Below, piece by piece: positions 46,704 through 56,485 of a stretch of DNA of 64,000 bases (position 1 is its first letter; each line of letters starts with the position of its first letter). A model generated the notes under the pieces. It searched no databases. It was not told where the DNA came from and was given only the letters and a program-made list of their open reading frames with translations. The stretch is from positions 1 through 64,000 of the forward strand of contig CAVPLM010000005.1 in assembly GCA_963706025.1 (NCBI GenBank), written 5' to 3'. The stretch comes from an uncultured Actinomycetes bacterium (GTDB lineage: Bacteria; Actinomycetota; Thermoleophilia; RBG-16-64-13). The translations under genes and the position numbers were made by a program.

Positions 46704-46878
46704 GTTCGCTCGAAGTGCTCGGTGGCACCTCCTAAACCAGCGACCAAAAATCCCCGACCAGCCCGTGCTTCGCGAACATGTCTGTCGCTTCGGTCTCGGT
46801 CGCCGGTTGCCAATCGAGGTCCATCCGCGTCCCATACCAGTCACGACCGAGGTGGTAGAGCGTCTGCGTGGTCACGAG
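46693..46878 (-). repeat. 186-bp inverted repeat, right copy
   Basis: Reverse complement of 43893-44078. Confidence 0.95.
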
Positions 46879-47391
46879 CGCACCGAGGCTCAGTCCTTCT
46901 GCATCCAGCCACGAGAACACGTCTGCTTCCGACCGGAACGCCGTCATGTTCGCTCAAGTGAAGACGATGTCGTCCCAGAACTGCTTCGCGGGAACGAGGA
47001 AGTGCACGATGGCGTCGCCTTCGGCCACCCCATCGCGCACCGTAAGCGTGATCGGCTCGCCGGTCGCCGGTGAATGCGTGTGGAGCGTGCCGTCGCCAAG
47101 AATCGCGAGGATCGACAGACCGTCCCACACGCAGTTGGCGAACCACGTTCGCTCGCCGATGGTGACAAGGAAATCCGAGTCGATACCCGAGAACGGATGC
47201 GCCATTCTCACGCGATCGGTGCCAGGAACTAGCACGAGGCGATGCTCGTCTGCCAATGAGTGAAGCGCCGCCGAGGCGTGGGACTCCGCCACACCGAGCA
47301 TGTCGCCGATGGCGGCGGCCGTCGGTGCCTGTCCGGTGTCGCGAAGCGTCTGGATCACGGTCGCCCGCACCTGCCGCTCGAACGAGTCCAT
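46732..47391 (-). CDS. MerB-like organomercurial lyase, putative selenoprotein (in-frame TGA at 46954-46956)
   Basis: HTH N-terminus, MAHPFS, NCVWD, then WDDIVFT-[TGA]-ANMTAFRSE in one frame (219 aa); SECIS-like hairpin follows. Confidence 0.8.
46915..46951 (-). promoter_or_regulatory. Candidate bacterial SECIS element
   Basis: GAACATG/CGTGTTC lower stem, TTCC/GGAA upper stem, GGTC apical loop starting 20 nt after UGA. Confidence 0.6.
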
Positions 47392-47548
47392 ATGGTCTGC
47401 TCCTCCGAATCGGTCGACGGCAATGGTGCTAACAATACTTCGACAGTCTGCCGGAATCCGCCTTGAAATGACCCAAAAGCGTTTTCGTCGCGACTCCTCA
47501 GCCGCCTTTCCAGGGCTCGGGAGCGTCGAGACGCGCCCGGTGTGTGAT

Positions 47549-47637
47549 GCAGTTGAGCAGCAAGCTGCAGCCCGCTGCGAGTGGATCAGAGCGTAACGCG
47601 GAGGCCGTGGTTTGTCTGCTCGAACTGCTTGTTAGGC
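47549..47637 (-). other. attC-like site lacking R'
   Basis: Minus strand GCCTAAC (contains toxin stop), GCAGTT[C]GAGCAG pairs with CTGCTCAACTGC; no GTT core afterwards. Confidence 0.7.
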
Positions 47638-47940
47638 GTCGCCGGCTTCGGCTGGCTCATCAGGAATCTGCGCCCCATGCCATGCCGCCACGACCCAGAC
47701 TGTGTTGCCCTTGACACGGTAGAAGAAGCGGTACGGGTCGACAATGACTTCGCGGAACTGGAGATCAGGGAACTCGCGAACCACGCGACCCGACTCGGGG
47801 AATTCCGCGAGCCGGGCAAGTACGGTATTCACTCTCTGCTGGAATGCCCGGGCTGCGGACGGTCTGTCTGCGCGGACATAGGCGAGAGCCGCCAGGAACT
47901 GGATCCGGGCCGGCGGCGTGAACTGGACCCTCAGGGTCAC
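47632..47940 (-). CDS. RelE/ParE-family toxin
   Basis: LAEFPESGR..REV..PYRFFY..WHG motifs. Confidence 0.9.
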   Translation of the reverse strand: MTLRVQFTPPARIQFLAALAYVRADRPSAARAFQQRVNTVLARLAEFPESGRVVREFPDLQFREVIVDPYRFFYRVKGNTVWVVAAWHGAQIPDEPAEAGDA

Positions 47941-48212
47941 GACTCGCCCAGAAGCGCCTCGGCCTCCGCCATCACGGTCTCCAGGTCGTAGCCCACGCCG
48001 GCCTCGATGTCGGCCTCACCGCGCGCGAGCAGGCGCAGGATCTCGAAGTTGTGCTGGCTGCGCTCGTAGGCGCCCGCGCTGACCAGGACCGCAACAGCAC
48101 GCCCGCGCTGCGTGATGAACACCGGTTCACCGGAAGCAGATGCCCGCTTCAGGATGGCCGAAGCATCCTGACGCAGCTCGCTGATTGGGACGATGTTGGG
48201 GACTGTACTCAT
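47937..48212 (-). CDS. Phd/YefM antitoxin
   Basis: PISELRQ..PVFITQRGRAVAVL; 4-nt overlap with the toxin. Confidence 0.9.
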   Translation of the reverse strand: MSTVPNIVPISELRQDASAILKRASASGEPVFITQRGRAVAVLVSAGAYERSQHNFEILRLLARGEADIEAGVGYDLETVMAEAEALLGES

Positions 48213-48254
48213 CAATGGTACCTCCTTCACTAGCGTTCATTGTACCACTGATGA

Positions 48255-48580
48255 ACCTACGCAGCGCTGCAGGCTCGTTGAGCATCTCCTGAAACCGCAA
48301 CCGGAGTTCCTCGAACGTTCTCTCGAGCGGATCGGCCGCCGGGACTGCCCGCGGAGCACGAACAACAGCGAAAAGGCCGTACCCGTGGTGCCCTCCGAAG
48401 GTGCCGAGGAGCCGTGCGAATCCACTGGGCATGAAGCTCAAGGTGCTGGAGATGGGGCGAGAGGTGGCGAGCGGCTAGCGTGTCGAGCGTCCGCTTGAAG
48501 GCAGGACATCGGCTTCGTGGATCGCAAGACCTCCGATGACGAAGTGGTCATCGGGATTGCTCGGCTCGAACGCCATGGCC
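48255..48580 (-). pseudogene. DUF3800-like remnant (frameshifted and deleted)
   Basis: HFVIGGLAIHE, LELHAQWIR and DPLERTFEEL..RF found in different frames. Confidence 0.5.
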
Positions 48581-48748
48581 CACGAAGTCGACAACGTTCT
48601 CTCCTTGCGTGTCTGGTTCTCGGTTCAGTCTACCGGCGCGTCGAAGGCCCAACCATAGGTCGTTAGTTGCAGGTGGACGATTGGCACTTCTCAGGGCTGC
48701 GCGCTTCGAATCGAGGCCCGAAAGGTGCGGTTGCCGTCCTTGACACTC

Positions 48749-49845
48749 TCACCCGGCCTGGATCTCCTCCGCCATCTCCAGAAACCGGCAGAACGCATTG
48801 GCCAGCTGCATCTGGCGGGGCGTGCGGCAATCGACCTCGAAGAGACGCGGGCTTGCCACCAGGATGCAGGTCGCCCGCGCCCGCGAGGTGGCCACGTTCA
48901 GGCGGTTGAGGCTGTAGAGGAACTCCATGCCCCGGGGGGCCAGTTCGGGCGAGGAAGTCGCCAGCGAGAAGACGACCACCGGCGCTTCCTGCCCCTGGAA
49001 CCTGTCCACGGTGCCGACACGATGGCCCGGAAGACGAGTGGTCACATCGGCCACCTGGGCGTTGTAGGGGCAGACGATGAGCACCTGCTGGGCGTCCAGC
49101 GCACTCTCCTCGCCCTGGGCGTCGACCCAGAGCACGCCGTCCGTCAGCGATTCCACCGGCCGGCCGACGGCCTCCACCTCTTCGGGGGAGGAGTTCTGGT
49201 TGCCCTCGTGCTCCACAGGCAGGAACCAGAGCCCCGCGCCTGCAAGGGGCGTCGGCCCCCGCAGAGCCTGGTTCTCGAAACCCGGTCTCGACTCCAGCCG
49301 GCCCTCGCAGAAGAGCTCGGAGGTGAAGAGACAGATATCGGGATGCAGACGCCAGGTCTCGTCGAGAAAGAGTCCGCGATCGTCGGCGATGGTCTGACGG
49401 CCCTGAAGCAGGTGCTCGAGGGCCGACACTTCCGTGCCCTCGGGATGGCTGCCTTGTTGTGGTTGCTCCAGCTGCTGAGGGTCGCCGAGGAGGACGATGC
49501 TCTGTGCCGCCTGAGCGACCGCAATGACGTTCGCGAGCGACATCTGCCCGGCTTCGTCCACGAAGAGCACGTCCACGGCATCGCGGAAGTCAGGACGCGC
49601 CCACACCCAGGCAGTGCCGGCCGCCACCTGAGCCTGGCCAACGGCGACGCACTCGAGAAGGACGGCGTTGTCGGTCAGCTCGAGTATCTCCCGGTAGGTG
49701 TCCTCCGGATCGCCTTTGACCTTCTGGGCGCAGCACAGTTCGACTCCTTCGTCCGCCAGCCGGGCGATAGCGTTGATGTCATCGACGGTGCCGAACTTGC
49801 CTTCCACCCAATGAAGATCGGCCTCGTCGCGAAGCTCAGAATCCT
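48749..49845 (-). pseudogene. C-terminal SF1 helicase part of a TM0106-family protein
   Basis: GTAW, FVDEAGQ, GDPQQL, TWRLHP, PYNAQV, GTVDRFQGQE and RLNVATSRA motifs; Walker A and N-terminus missing. Confidence 0.8.
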
Positions 49846-49859
49846 GGGGTGGGTAGCTG

Positions 49860-49937
49860 TAGCGGCAGAGCGGCGAGGACGAGCCTGGCGCGCATGCTCG
49901 GACAACGCGCGAAGTCGGCTGCACGCGCTTGTTCGAA
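49860..49937 (-). other. attC left-half remnant after the ParE toxin
   Basis: Minus strand TTCGAAC-AAGCGCGTGCAGCCGAC, 12 nt after the stop. Confidence 0.5.
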
Positions 49938-49949
49938 CTACACTCGCGA

Positions 49950-50246
49950 TTATCGGCGGCCACGCCAGTAGTAGGGTCGCTTCCGCTGATGCGCCACGGC
50001 CAGAATCCTAAGGGAGTTTTCACGAGTCTCGTAGATGAGGCTGTACGGGAACTTGGCGAGCACGAGCTTGCGAACGTCGTTAGTGACTTGCAGGGCAGCT
50101 CCGGGGTACTGCCGGATGCGCGCGAATCCGGTATCAACCTCATCTGTGAAGATCAATCCAAGACCAGGGCTCTCGCGCTCGTAGTAGTCGACGGCGTCAT
50201 TGAACTCACGACGAGCGTCAGGGTGAACCTGCAGCACCCGCGTCAC
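49950..50246 (-). CDS. RelE/ParE-family toxin
   Basis: HPDARRE..DYYE, FPYSLIY and ILAVAH.RKRP.YW motifs. Confidence 0.9.
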   Translation of the reverse strand: MTRVLQVHPDARREFNDAVDYYERESPGLGLIFTDEVDTGFARIRQYPGAALQVTNDVRKLVLAKFPYSLIYETRENSLRILAVAHQRKRPYYWRGRR

Positions 50247-50467
50247 TTGAGGCGAGCCCTAGCCTCAGCGATGACCTGATCCGCTGGAATGGTCTCAACG
50301 AGGCCGGCATCGATCTCCGCGCTGCGGCGTAGCACCTCTTCGACCCACAACTGCTCGACCTCAGCCTCCGAGAGGGACTCAAGGCTGCTCAGGAGTTCGT
50401 GAGCCATGGAAGCACGATCCCTGGCACTGAGCATGAGGGCTTCGCGCATCAGTTCGTCAACGGTCAT
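50243..50467 (-). CDS. Addiction module antitoxin (TIGR02574-like)
   Basis: ALMLS..DRA..A..LL.SL, W.EEV.RR and G.VETIP patterns. Confidence 0.88.
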   Translation of the reverse strand: MTVDELMREALMLSARDRASMAHELLSSLESLSEAEVEQLWVEEVLRRSAEIDAGLVETIPADQVIAEARARLK

Positions 50468-50716
50468 ATCACACCTCGCAAACGCCGGAATGCTCTCGCC
50501 GATATTGTACCTCGCGCATCTGACGCCGAACCCCTACCGAGTGTTGGTGCGAACAACCATTATCCGGTCTGCCGAACCCCACCGATGCAGCGCCTGGGTG
50601 TCTTCGTGGCGCCGGCTCCAGCTTCCCCCGGAAAGGGGCGGAAAGCGCTGGGAACCGCACGACGCTATGTCCCGCCCCGACCGTCGTTCGACAATAAACA
50701 GACTGTATATGCAGCC

Positions 50717-50812
50717 CTACAGAGCGTCAAGCGGGCTAGGGACAACCTGTCCGCCCCGGTTGAGCACATGGGTGTAGATCATGGTGGTACGCACATCGTT
50801 GTGGCCCAGCAG
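50717..50812 (-). pseudogene. intI: Integron integrase IntI C-terminal remnant
   Basis: [31 protein letters not shown]: box II H and catalytic Y plus the IntI-type [18 protein letters not shown] tail. Confidence 0.85.
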
Positions 50813-50866
50813 TCGCCCCGTCGCCAGGCGGCGCGATCCGCCCCGTGCGCTAGAATACGTCCCCTC

Positions 50867-52687
50867 ATGGGACGCTTCGACCACATCCGCAACTTCTCCA
50901 TCATCGCCCACATCGACCATGGGAAATCCACCCTGGCCGACCGCATCCTGCAGATCACCAACACGGTGGCCGAGCGGGAGATGCGGGAGCAGGTGCTCGA
51001 CCGCATGGACCTGGAGCGTGAGCGGGGCATCACCATCAAGGCCCAAGCCGTCCGCATCTACTACCACGCCGAGGACGGCCGGGAGTATCAGTTCAACCTC
51101 ATCGACACCCCGGGCCACGTGGACTTCAGCTACGAGGTGTCCCGGAGCCTGGCCGCCTGCGAGGGAGCCATCCTGGTGGTAGACGCCACCCAAGGCGTGG
51201 AGGCGCAAACCCTGGCCAATGCTCTCCTTGCCCTCGAGAACGACCTGGAGATAGTCCCGGTGCTCAACAAGATCGACCTGCCCGGCGCCGAGCCGGAGAA
51301 GCGGGCGGAGGAGATCGCCAGCGTCATCGGCTGTCCGCGTTCCGACATCCTCCATATCTCGGCCAAGACCGGTGAAGGCGTGCCGGCGGTGCTCGAGGCG
51401 TTGGTGCATCGGATCCCGCCGCCTCAGGGCGACGCCGATGGGCCCCCGCGGGCGCTCATCTTCGATTCGGTCTACGACCAGTATCGGGGCGTCGTGGCCT
51501 TCGTGCGCGTGCGCGACGGGAGCTTCCGCAAGGACGATCCGTTGCTGGCTATGGTCACGCGGCGCCGCAGTGACATAGAAGAGGTGGGCATCTTCAGCCC
51601 CGATATGCTCAAGACCGACATTCTGCACGCCGGCGAGGTGGGCTACATCATCCCCGGCATCAAAGAAGTAGCCGATCTGCGGGTGGGCGACACCCTCACC
51701 CATGCCCAGCGGGCCGCCGCCGAGCCCCTTCCCGGCTACCGCGAAGTCACTCCCATGGTGTTCTGCGGCCTATTCCCCATCGACGGCGAGGATTACCCCG
51801 ATCTGCGCGACGCTCTGGAGAAGCTCAAGCTCAACGATGCCTCCCTCTTCTACGAGCCGGAGACGTCCAAGGCGCTGGGCTTCGGTTTCCGCTGCGGGTT
51901 CCTGGGCCTGCTGCACATGGAGATCGTCCGGGAGCGCCTGACGCGGGAGTTCGGTCTCGACCTGCTCGCCACCACCCCCAACGTGCGCTACGAGATCGAG
52001 CTGCTCACGGGAGAGGTGCTTTCCATAAGCAATCCCGTGGATTTCCCCGAATCCGGTGACATCAAGGAGGTGCGCGAGCCCTACATCGCCGCCACCATCT
52101 TGGTGCCCGCGGAATTCGTGGGTCCGGTGATGGAGCTGTGCAACGACAAGCGCGGGCGCTTCGCCCACATGGAGTACCTGACCTCCGATCGGGTACGTCT
52201 CGATTACGATCTGCCCCTGGCGGAGATCGTGCTCGACTTCTTCGACCTGCTCAAGACCCGCAGCCGCGGCTACGCCAGTCTCGATTACGAGCTCAAGGAC
52301 TTCGAGCCGGGCGACCTGGTGCGTCTCGACATCCGCATTGCCGGCGAGATCGTCGACGCCCTCAGCCTTATCGTGCACGCCGACCGCGCTTACGCCATCG
52401 GGCGGGGGCTGGCCGAGCGGCTACGCAAGAAGATCCCCCGGCAGATGTTCGAGGTGGCCATACAGGCGGCGGTGGGAAGTCGGATCATCGCCCGGGAGAG
52501 CGTGGCCCCTTTGCGCAAGGACGTGCTGGCCAAGTGCTACGGGGGCGACATCACCCGCAAGCGCAAGCTGCTGGAGAAGCAGAAAGCCGGCAAGAAGCGC
52601 ATGAAGATGGTGGGGACGGTGGAGATCCCTCAGGAGGCTTTCCTGGCGGTCCTCGATCTGGGCGAAGGGAAAGAGGGGAAGAGATGA
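50867..52687 (+). CDS. lepA: Elongation factor 4
   Basis: [24 protein letters not shown] and [14 protein letters not shown] motifs. Confidence 0.98.
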   Translation: MGRFDHIRNFSIIAHIDHGKSTLADRILQITNTVAEREMREQVLDRMDLERERGITIKAQAVRIYYHAEDGREYQFNLIDTPGHVDFSYEVSRSLAACEGAILVVDATQGVEAQTLANALLALENDLEIVPVLNKIDLPGAEPEKRAEEIASVIGCPRSDILHISAKTGEGVPAVLEALVHRIPPPQGDADGPPRALIFDSVYDQYRGVVAFVRVRDGSFRKDDPLLAMVTRRRSDIEEVGIFSPDMLKTDILHAGEVGYIIPGIKEVADLRVGDTLTHAQRAAAEPLPGYREVTPMVFCGLFPIDGEDYPDLRDALEKLKLNDASLFYEPETSKALGFGFRCGFLGLLHMEIVRERLTREFGLDLLATTPNVRYEIELLTGEVLSISNPVDFPESGDIKEVREPYIAATILVPAEFVGPVMELCNDKRGRFAHMEYLTSDRVRLDYDLPLAEIVLDFFDLLKTRSRGYASLDYELKDFEPGDLVRLDIRIAGEIVDALSLIVHADRAYAIGRGLAERLRKKIPRQMFEVAIQAAVGSRIIARESVAPLRKDVLAKCYGGDITRKRKLLEKQKAGKKRMKMVGTVEIPQEAFLAVLDLGEGKEGKR

Positions 52688-52914
52688 CGGTCGAGTACAT
52701 GGTCCTGGGCGTGGTCCTGATCGTCATGGGTGCAGTGCAGGCCTGGCTGCGACATGGGCCGGGGGCCAAGGAGCTCGACGACGCGGACCGCTCGGAGCCG
52801 CGCTCTCGAGGAGCACGTAGCGGGCGCGCCTGGGAATCCTGGACCGCGATCCTCGGGGGAGTCGGCATTGCGCTTGGCATCGTCCTCGTCGTCTTGGGAG
52901 TCCTGGGTCGCTGA
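52684..52914 (+). CDS. Small two-TM hypothetical protein
   Basis: ATGA overlap with the lepA stop; two hydrophobic helices. Confidence 0.6.
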   Translation: MTVEYMVLGVVLIVMGAVQAWLRHGPGAKELDDADRSEPRSRGARSGRAWESWTAILGGVGIALGIVLVVLGVLGR

Positions 52915-53012
52915 AAGACATGCCGGACGGGAGCCGGTGCTGACGCGTCCCCGGGCCGGAAGCGGGCGCCCGCGGATCCGCGGCGCGTACAGGGGAGGGT
53001 CTCACCTATCAC

Positions 53013-54298
53013 ATGAAACACCTCTACGTCCACATACCCTTCTGCCGGTCTCGTTGCGGCTACTGTGATTTCGTCTCCGAACCGGTGGGGCCTCACGCCC
53101 GGGCGGGGCGGGTGGAGCGGTATCTGGACGCCCTGCGGGTCGAACTCGCGGACCGCGTGGCGGGGAGCTCCGACCTGGCGGGGGTCCCGGGGGCTTCAGG
53201 GGTGGCGCGTGCCGCGGGGGTCCCCGGGGCCCGCGTCCCGGGGACCACGACCGCAGGACCCGACCAACGCGATCCTCGTCTCGACATCTTCGAGACCATC
53301 TACGTAGGGGGCGGCACTCCCACCGTCCTACCCGAGGACGGTCTGGTGACCCTCGTCCGGGAGCTATCGGGGTTTCTCGGCGGCCCCAGGGCCGAACTGA
53401 CGGTAGAGGCCAATCCAGGCACGATCGACTGCCGGCTGCTCGAGAGGCTGGCGCGTGCCGGAGCGACGCGGCTCTCCCTGGGCGTGCAGTCCTTCGCGCC
53501 GGCGCTGCGCGCGGCGCTGGGTCGCAGGGTGGCCCAGAAGGAGATCGAGGACGCCTTGGGGGCTATCGCGGAGACCGGCTGGTGCGAATGGAACATCGAC
53601 CTAGTGTTCGGGATCCCCGGGCAGACCTGGGACGACGCTGTCGCCGATCTCGAGACGGTCGTGGCCGCGGGGCCGTCCCACATCTCCCTTTACGATCTCG
53701 CGTATACAGCCGCCTTCAGCGCGCACGTCGACATGACGCGCGGGACCGGCGCGCGGCCCGGCAGCCGTCGTCTGGGCGGAGGAACACTACGCTGGGGCGG
53801 TGGCGAGACTCGAGGGGGCGGGCTATGGGCGCTACGAGGTGTCGAACTTCGCTCTACCCGGTCACGAGTGCCGGCACAACCAAGCGTACTGGAGAGGGGA
53901 GGACTACCTGGGCATCGGTGCCGCCGCCGTTTCCACGGCCGGCGGCGAGCGGTGGACCAACCCACGGTCGGTCGAGGACTACCTGGCCGGCTCCGCGGCG
54001 CGGATCGAGGTCCTTTCTCCCCGTACGCGACTGTGGGAGAAGGCCATGTTGGGTCTGCGGACAAGCGAAGGGGTCGACGAGACCGAGGTCATGCCGGTAC
54101 TCACCAGCCTCTGCCCGAGACCGGCTACTCAGCCAGGGCTGCCTGGAGAGGCACTGTGGTAAACTGCGCTTGAATCCAGGGTTCTTGGATATCAGTAACG
54201 CGGTCATCTCAGCTCTTCTGGTCTCCCCGGAGGAGTCACATCTCACACAGGCGCCGGCAGGCGATGGCACTCACAGAGCGACAAAGAACGATTCTTAA
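53013..54298 (+). CDS. hemW: Radical SAM heme chaperone HemW (frameshifts near 53765 and 54105)
   Basis: LYVHIPFC...C.YCDF, GGGTP, EANP and YEVSNFA..HN motifs; between lepA and hrcA. Confidence 0.9.
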
Positions 54299-55316
54299 CA
54301 GCGTCACCGAGCGCTACATATACACAGGGGCCCCGGTCCCGTCGAAAGAATTGGTCGGCGCGGCCGGGCTCAACGTCTCCTCGTCGACGGTGCGGAGTGA
54401 GTTCGCGCTGCTCGAGGAGAGGGGCTATCTCACTCATCCCCATACCTCCGCCGGCAGGGTTCCCACCGACCTGGGCTATCGGGAGTTCGTCGACCACCTG
54501 ATGAGCGGCGCTGGGTTGCGCCAGAGGGCTCGCCTGAGCGCCTACCCGGGAATCCTGGACGCGGTGCTCTCCGAAGATCTTGCCGGCGAGATCGACACAA
54601 CACTTCGCCAGGCCACCGATGCGATGTCGAAGGCCACCAACTTGCTGGCCCTCGCCCTCGCGCCCCGGGTGAGCGGCGCCCGCTTGTGTCACGTGGAACT
54701 CCTTGCCCTCCATCCCAGCCAGCTCATGTACGTGTTCATCGTATCGACCGGCGGCGTCATGAAAGGCGTGATCGACTGGTCGCATGCCGTCGATCCAGGT
54801 CTGGTGGAGTGGGCGCGCACCTACTTGAACGAGACCCTCAACGACCACACGCTGACTGTCCGGCTGATCCGCCGGGCGCTTGACAATCCCGAGTTGAGTC
54901 CTCGAGAAGCCGGCTTTCTTCGGGCCTTGGCGCCCGCTTTCGAGAAGCTGGTCGACGAGCATTCCCAAGAGGAGCTCTTTGTCGGCGGGGCCTCGCGGCT
55001 GTTGGCCGAACCGCGGCTGCAAGATGTCTCTTCGCTTCGCGACCTGCTCTCCCTCTTGGAGGAGCGTTTCCTCTTGCTGCAGGTACTGAGAACCGCGCTG
55101 GGGGCGGGGACGGTCGTGGTGAGGATCGGCAGCGAGCACGAAGCCACCGCCCTGCAACCGTTCTCCGTGGTGGCGGCCAGCTATGGACTGCCTCAGCGCC
55201 GGCTGGGAACCGTAAGCCTGGTGGGCCCCACCCGCATGGACTATGAGACCGCCATCGCCACGGTGCGGGAGACCGCCCAACGGCTTTCCGAACTCGTCGG
55301 GTCGCGCTACGAATGA
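54264..55316 (+). CDS. hrcA: Heat-inducible repressor HrcA
   Basis: SSSTVR, PHTSAGRVPTD.GYR and GPTRMDY motifs. Confidence 0.96.
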   Translation: MALTERQRTILNSVTERYIYTGAPVPSKELVGAAGLNVSSSTVRSEFALLEERGYLTHPHTSAGRVPTDLGYREFVDHLMSGAGLRQRARLSAYPGILDAVLSEDLAGEIDTTLRQATDAMSKATNLLALALAPRVSGARLCHVELLALHPSQLMYVFIVSTGGVMKGVIDWSHAVDPGLVEWARTYLNETLNDHTLTVRLIRRALDNPELSPREAGFLRALAPAFEKLVDEHSQEELFVGGASRLLAEPRLQDVSSLRDLLSLLEERFLLLQVLRTALGAGTVVVRIGSEHEATALQPFSVVAASYGLPQRRLGTVSLVGPTRMDYETAIATVRETAQRLSELVGSRYE

Positions 55317-55327
55317 GACGCGGGTAG

Positions 55328-56485
55328 ATGAAACGCGACTACTACGAGGTCCTCGGGGTCCAGCGCGACGCCGATCTCCAGCAGATTAAGAGGGCCTACC
55401 GCAAGCTGGCGCGAGAGCATCATCCCGACGTCAACCAATGTGACCCCGAATGTGAAGAGAAGTTCAAGGAGGCCACCGAGGCCTACGAAGTGCTGTGCGA
55501 TTCGGAGAAGCGCGGGGTCTACGATGCCTACGGGCACGAGGGATTGCGTCGGAGAGGAGCGGGTGGCGGGGGCGGCTTCGGTTTCGACGACTTCCCGGGG
55601 TTCTCAGATCTCTTCGAGAACCTGTTCGGCTCCTTTGGGGGCGGTGCGTTCGCGGGCGGGGGTCCGTTCGCGGCCACTCGGCCCATGGGTCCTGCTCGGG
55701 GCGACGATCTGGCCGTCGAGGCGCAGCTTACCCTCGAGGATGCCGCCTTCGGGGTGGAGAAAGAGATCACCTTCAAAGCCCAAGGTACCTGTCCCACCTG
55801 CGAGGGCGTGGGCACGACCGATCCGTCTTCTGTCGAGAGCTGCAGCCAGTGCGGAGGCCTCGGCCGGGTACGCACCGTCCGGCGCACCATGTTGGGGCAG
55901 TTCGTGCAGACCGGTCCTTGCCCGCACTGTGCCGGACTGGGGCAGGTCATCAAGTCGCCCTGCAAGGAGTGCCGGGGCGAGGGCAGGGTGCTCGCCGAGC
56001 GCAAGGTTACCGTGCAGATACCGGCCGGCATCGATGCCGGGCAGCGTATCCGGGTGTCAGGACGAGGGGGTGCGGGCGAACGAGGCGCCCGGTCGGGCGA
56101 CCTGTACGTGCGCGTCCGGGTGGAACCGCACGAGCTTTTCGAACGCCGGGGTGACGATATCCTCTACGGCGTCCAACTCACCATGGTCCAGGCTGCCCTG
56201 GGGGCCATTCTGACCATCCCCACCCTGGATGGTGACACGGAGGTGGAATTCGCGCCTGGTACCCAGCCGGGTGAGAGAAAGGTGCTGCGGGGCAAGGGAG
56301 TGCCGCATCTGAACGGGCATGGCCGCGGCGACCAGGAGATACAGATCACGGTACTGATCCCCCACGACTTGGACGAAGAGCACCGACAACTCCTTCGGGA
56401 TTTCGACGACGCCCTCACCGAGGAGCAATACGCCCCCAAGGCTGAGGGAGTACTTCACAAGCTCCGCAACCTGTTCAACGGTTGA
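55328..56485 (+). CDS. dnaJ: Chaperone DnaJ
   Basis: HPD J-domain, G/F region, four CxxCxGxG repeats. Confidence 0.97.
   Translation: MKRDYYEVLGVQRDADLQQIKRAYRKLAREHHPDVNQCDPECEEKFKEATEAYEVLCDSEKRGVYDAYGHEGLRRRGAGGGGGFGFDDFPGFSDLFENLFGSFGGGAFAGGGPFAATRPMGPARGDDLAVEAQLTLEDAAFGVEKEITFKAQGTCPTCEGVGTTDPSSVESCSQCGGLGRVRTVRRTMLGQFVQTGPCPHCAGLGQVIKSPCKECRGEGRVLAERKVTVQIPAGIDAGQRIRVSGRGGAGERGARSGDLYVRVRVEPHELFERRGDDILYGVQLTMVQAALGAILTIPTLDGDTEVEFAPGTQPGERKVLRGKGVPHLNGHGRGDQEIQITVLIPHDLDEEHRQLLRDFDDALTEEQYAPKAEGVLHKLRNLFNG

Larger units (their letters stand above)
39200..50812 (-). mobile_element. Degenerate integron-like cassette array with intI remnant
   Basis: IntI C-terminus, multiple co-oriented attC-like sites, cassette-type genes and AT-richer segments, all between murJ and lepA; left boundary approximate. 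Confidence 0.8.

Noticed and set aside
43893-46878. IS, MITE or composite transposon
   Set aside because: The repeats are merB coding sequence; no transposase or target-site duplication seen.
50694-50722. LexA box near the intI remnant
   Set aside because: CTGT...ACAG spacing is 12 rather than 8, and it lies 3' of intI.
50399-50866. 156-aa N-terminal extension of LepA in the ORF track
   Set aside because: LepA homology starts at ATG 50867; the extension is antisense to the intI remnant and antitoxin.
52915-55327. CIRCE operator near hemW/hrcA/dnaJ
   Set aside because: No TTAGCACTC-N9-GAGTGCTAA; TGGCACTC at the hrcA start has no matching half-site.
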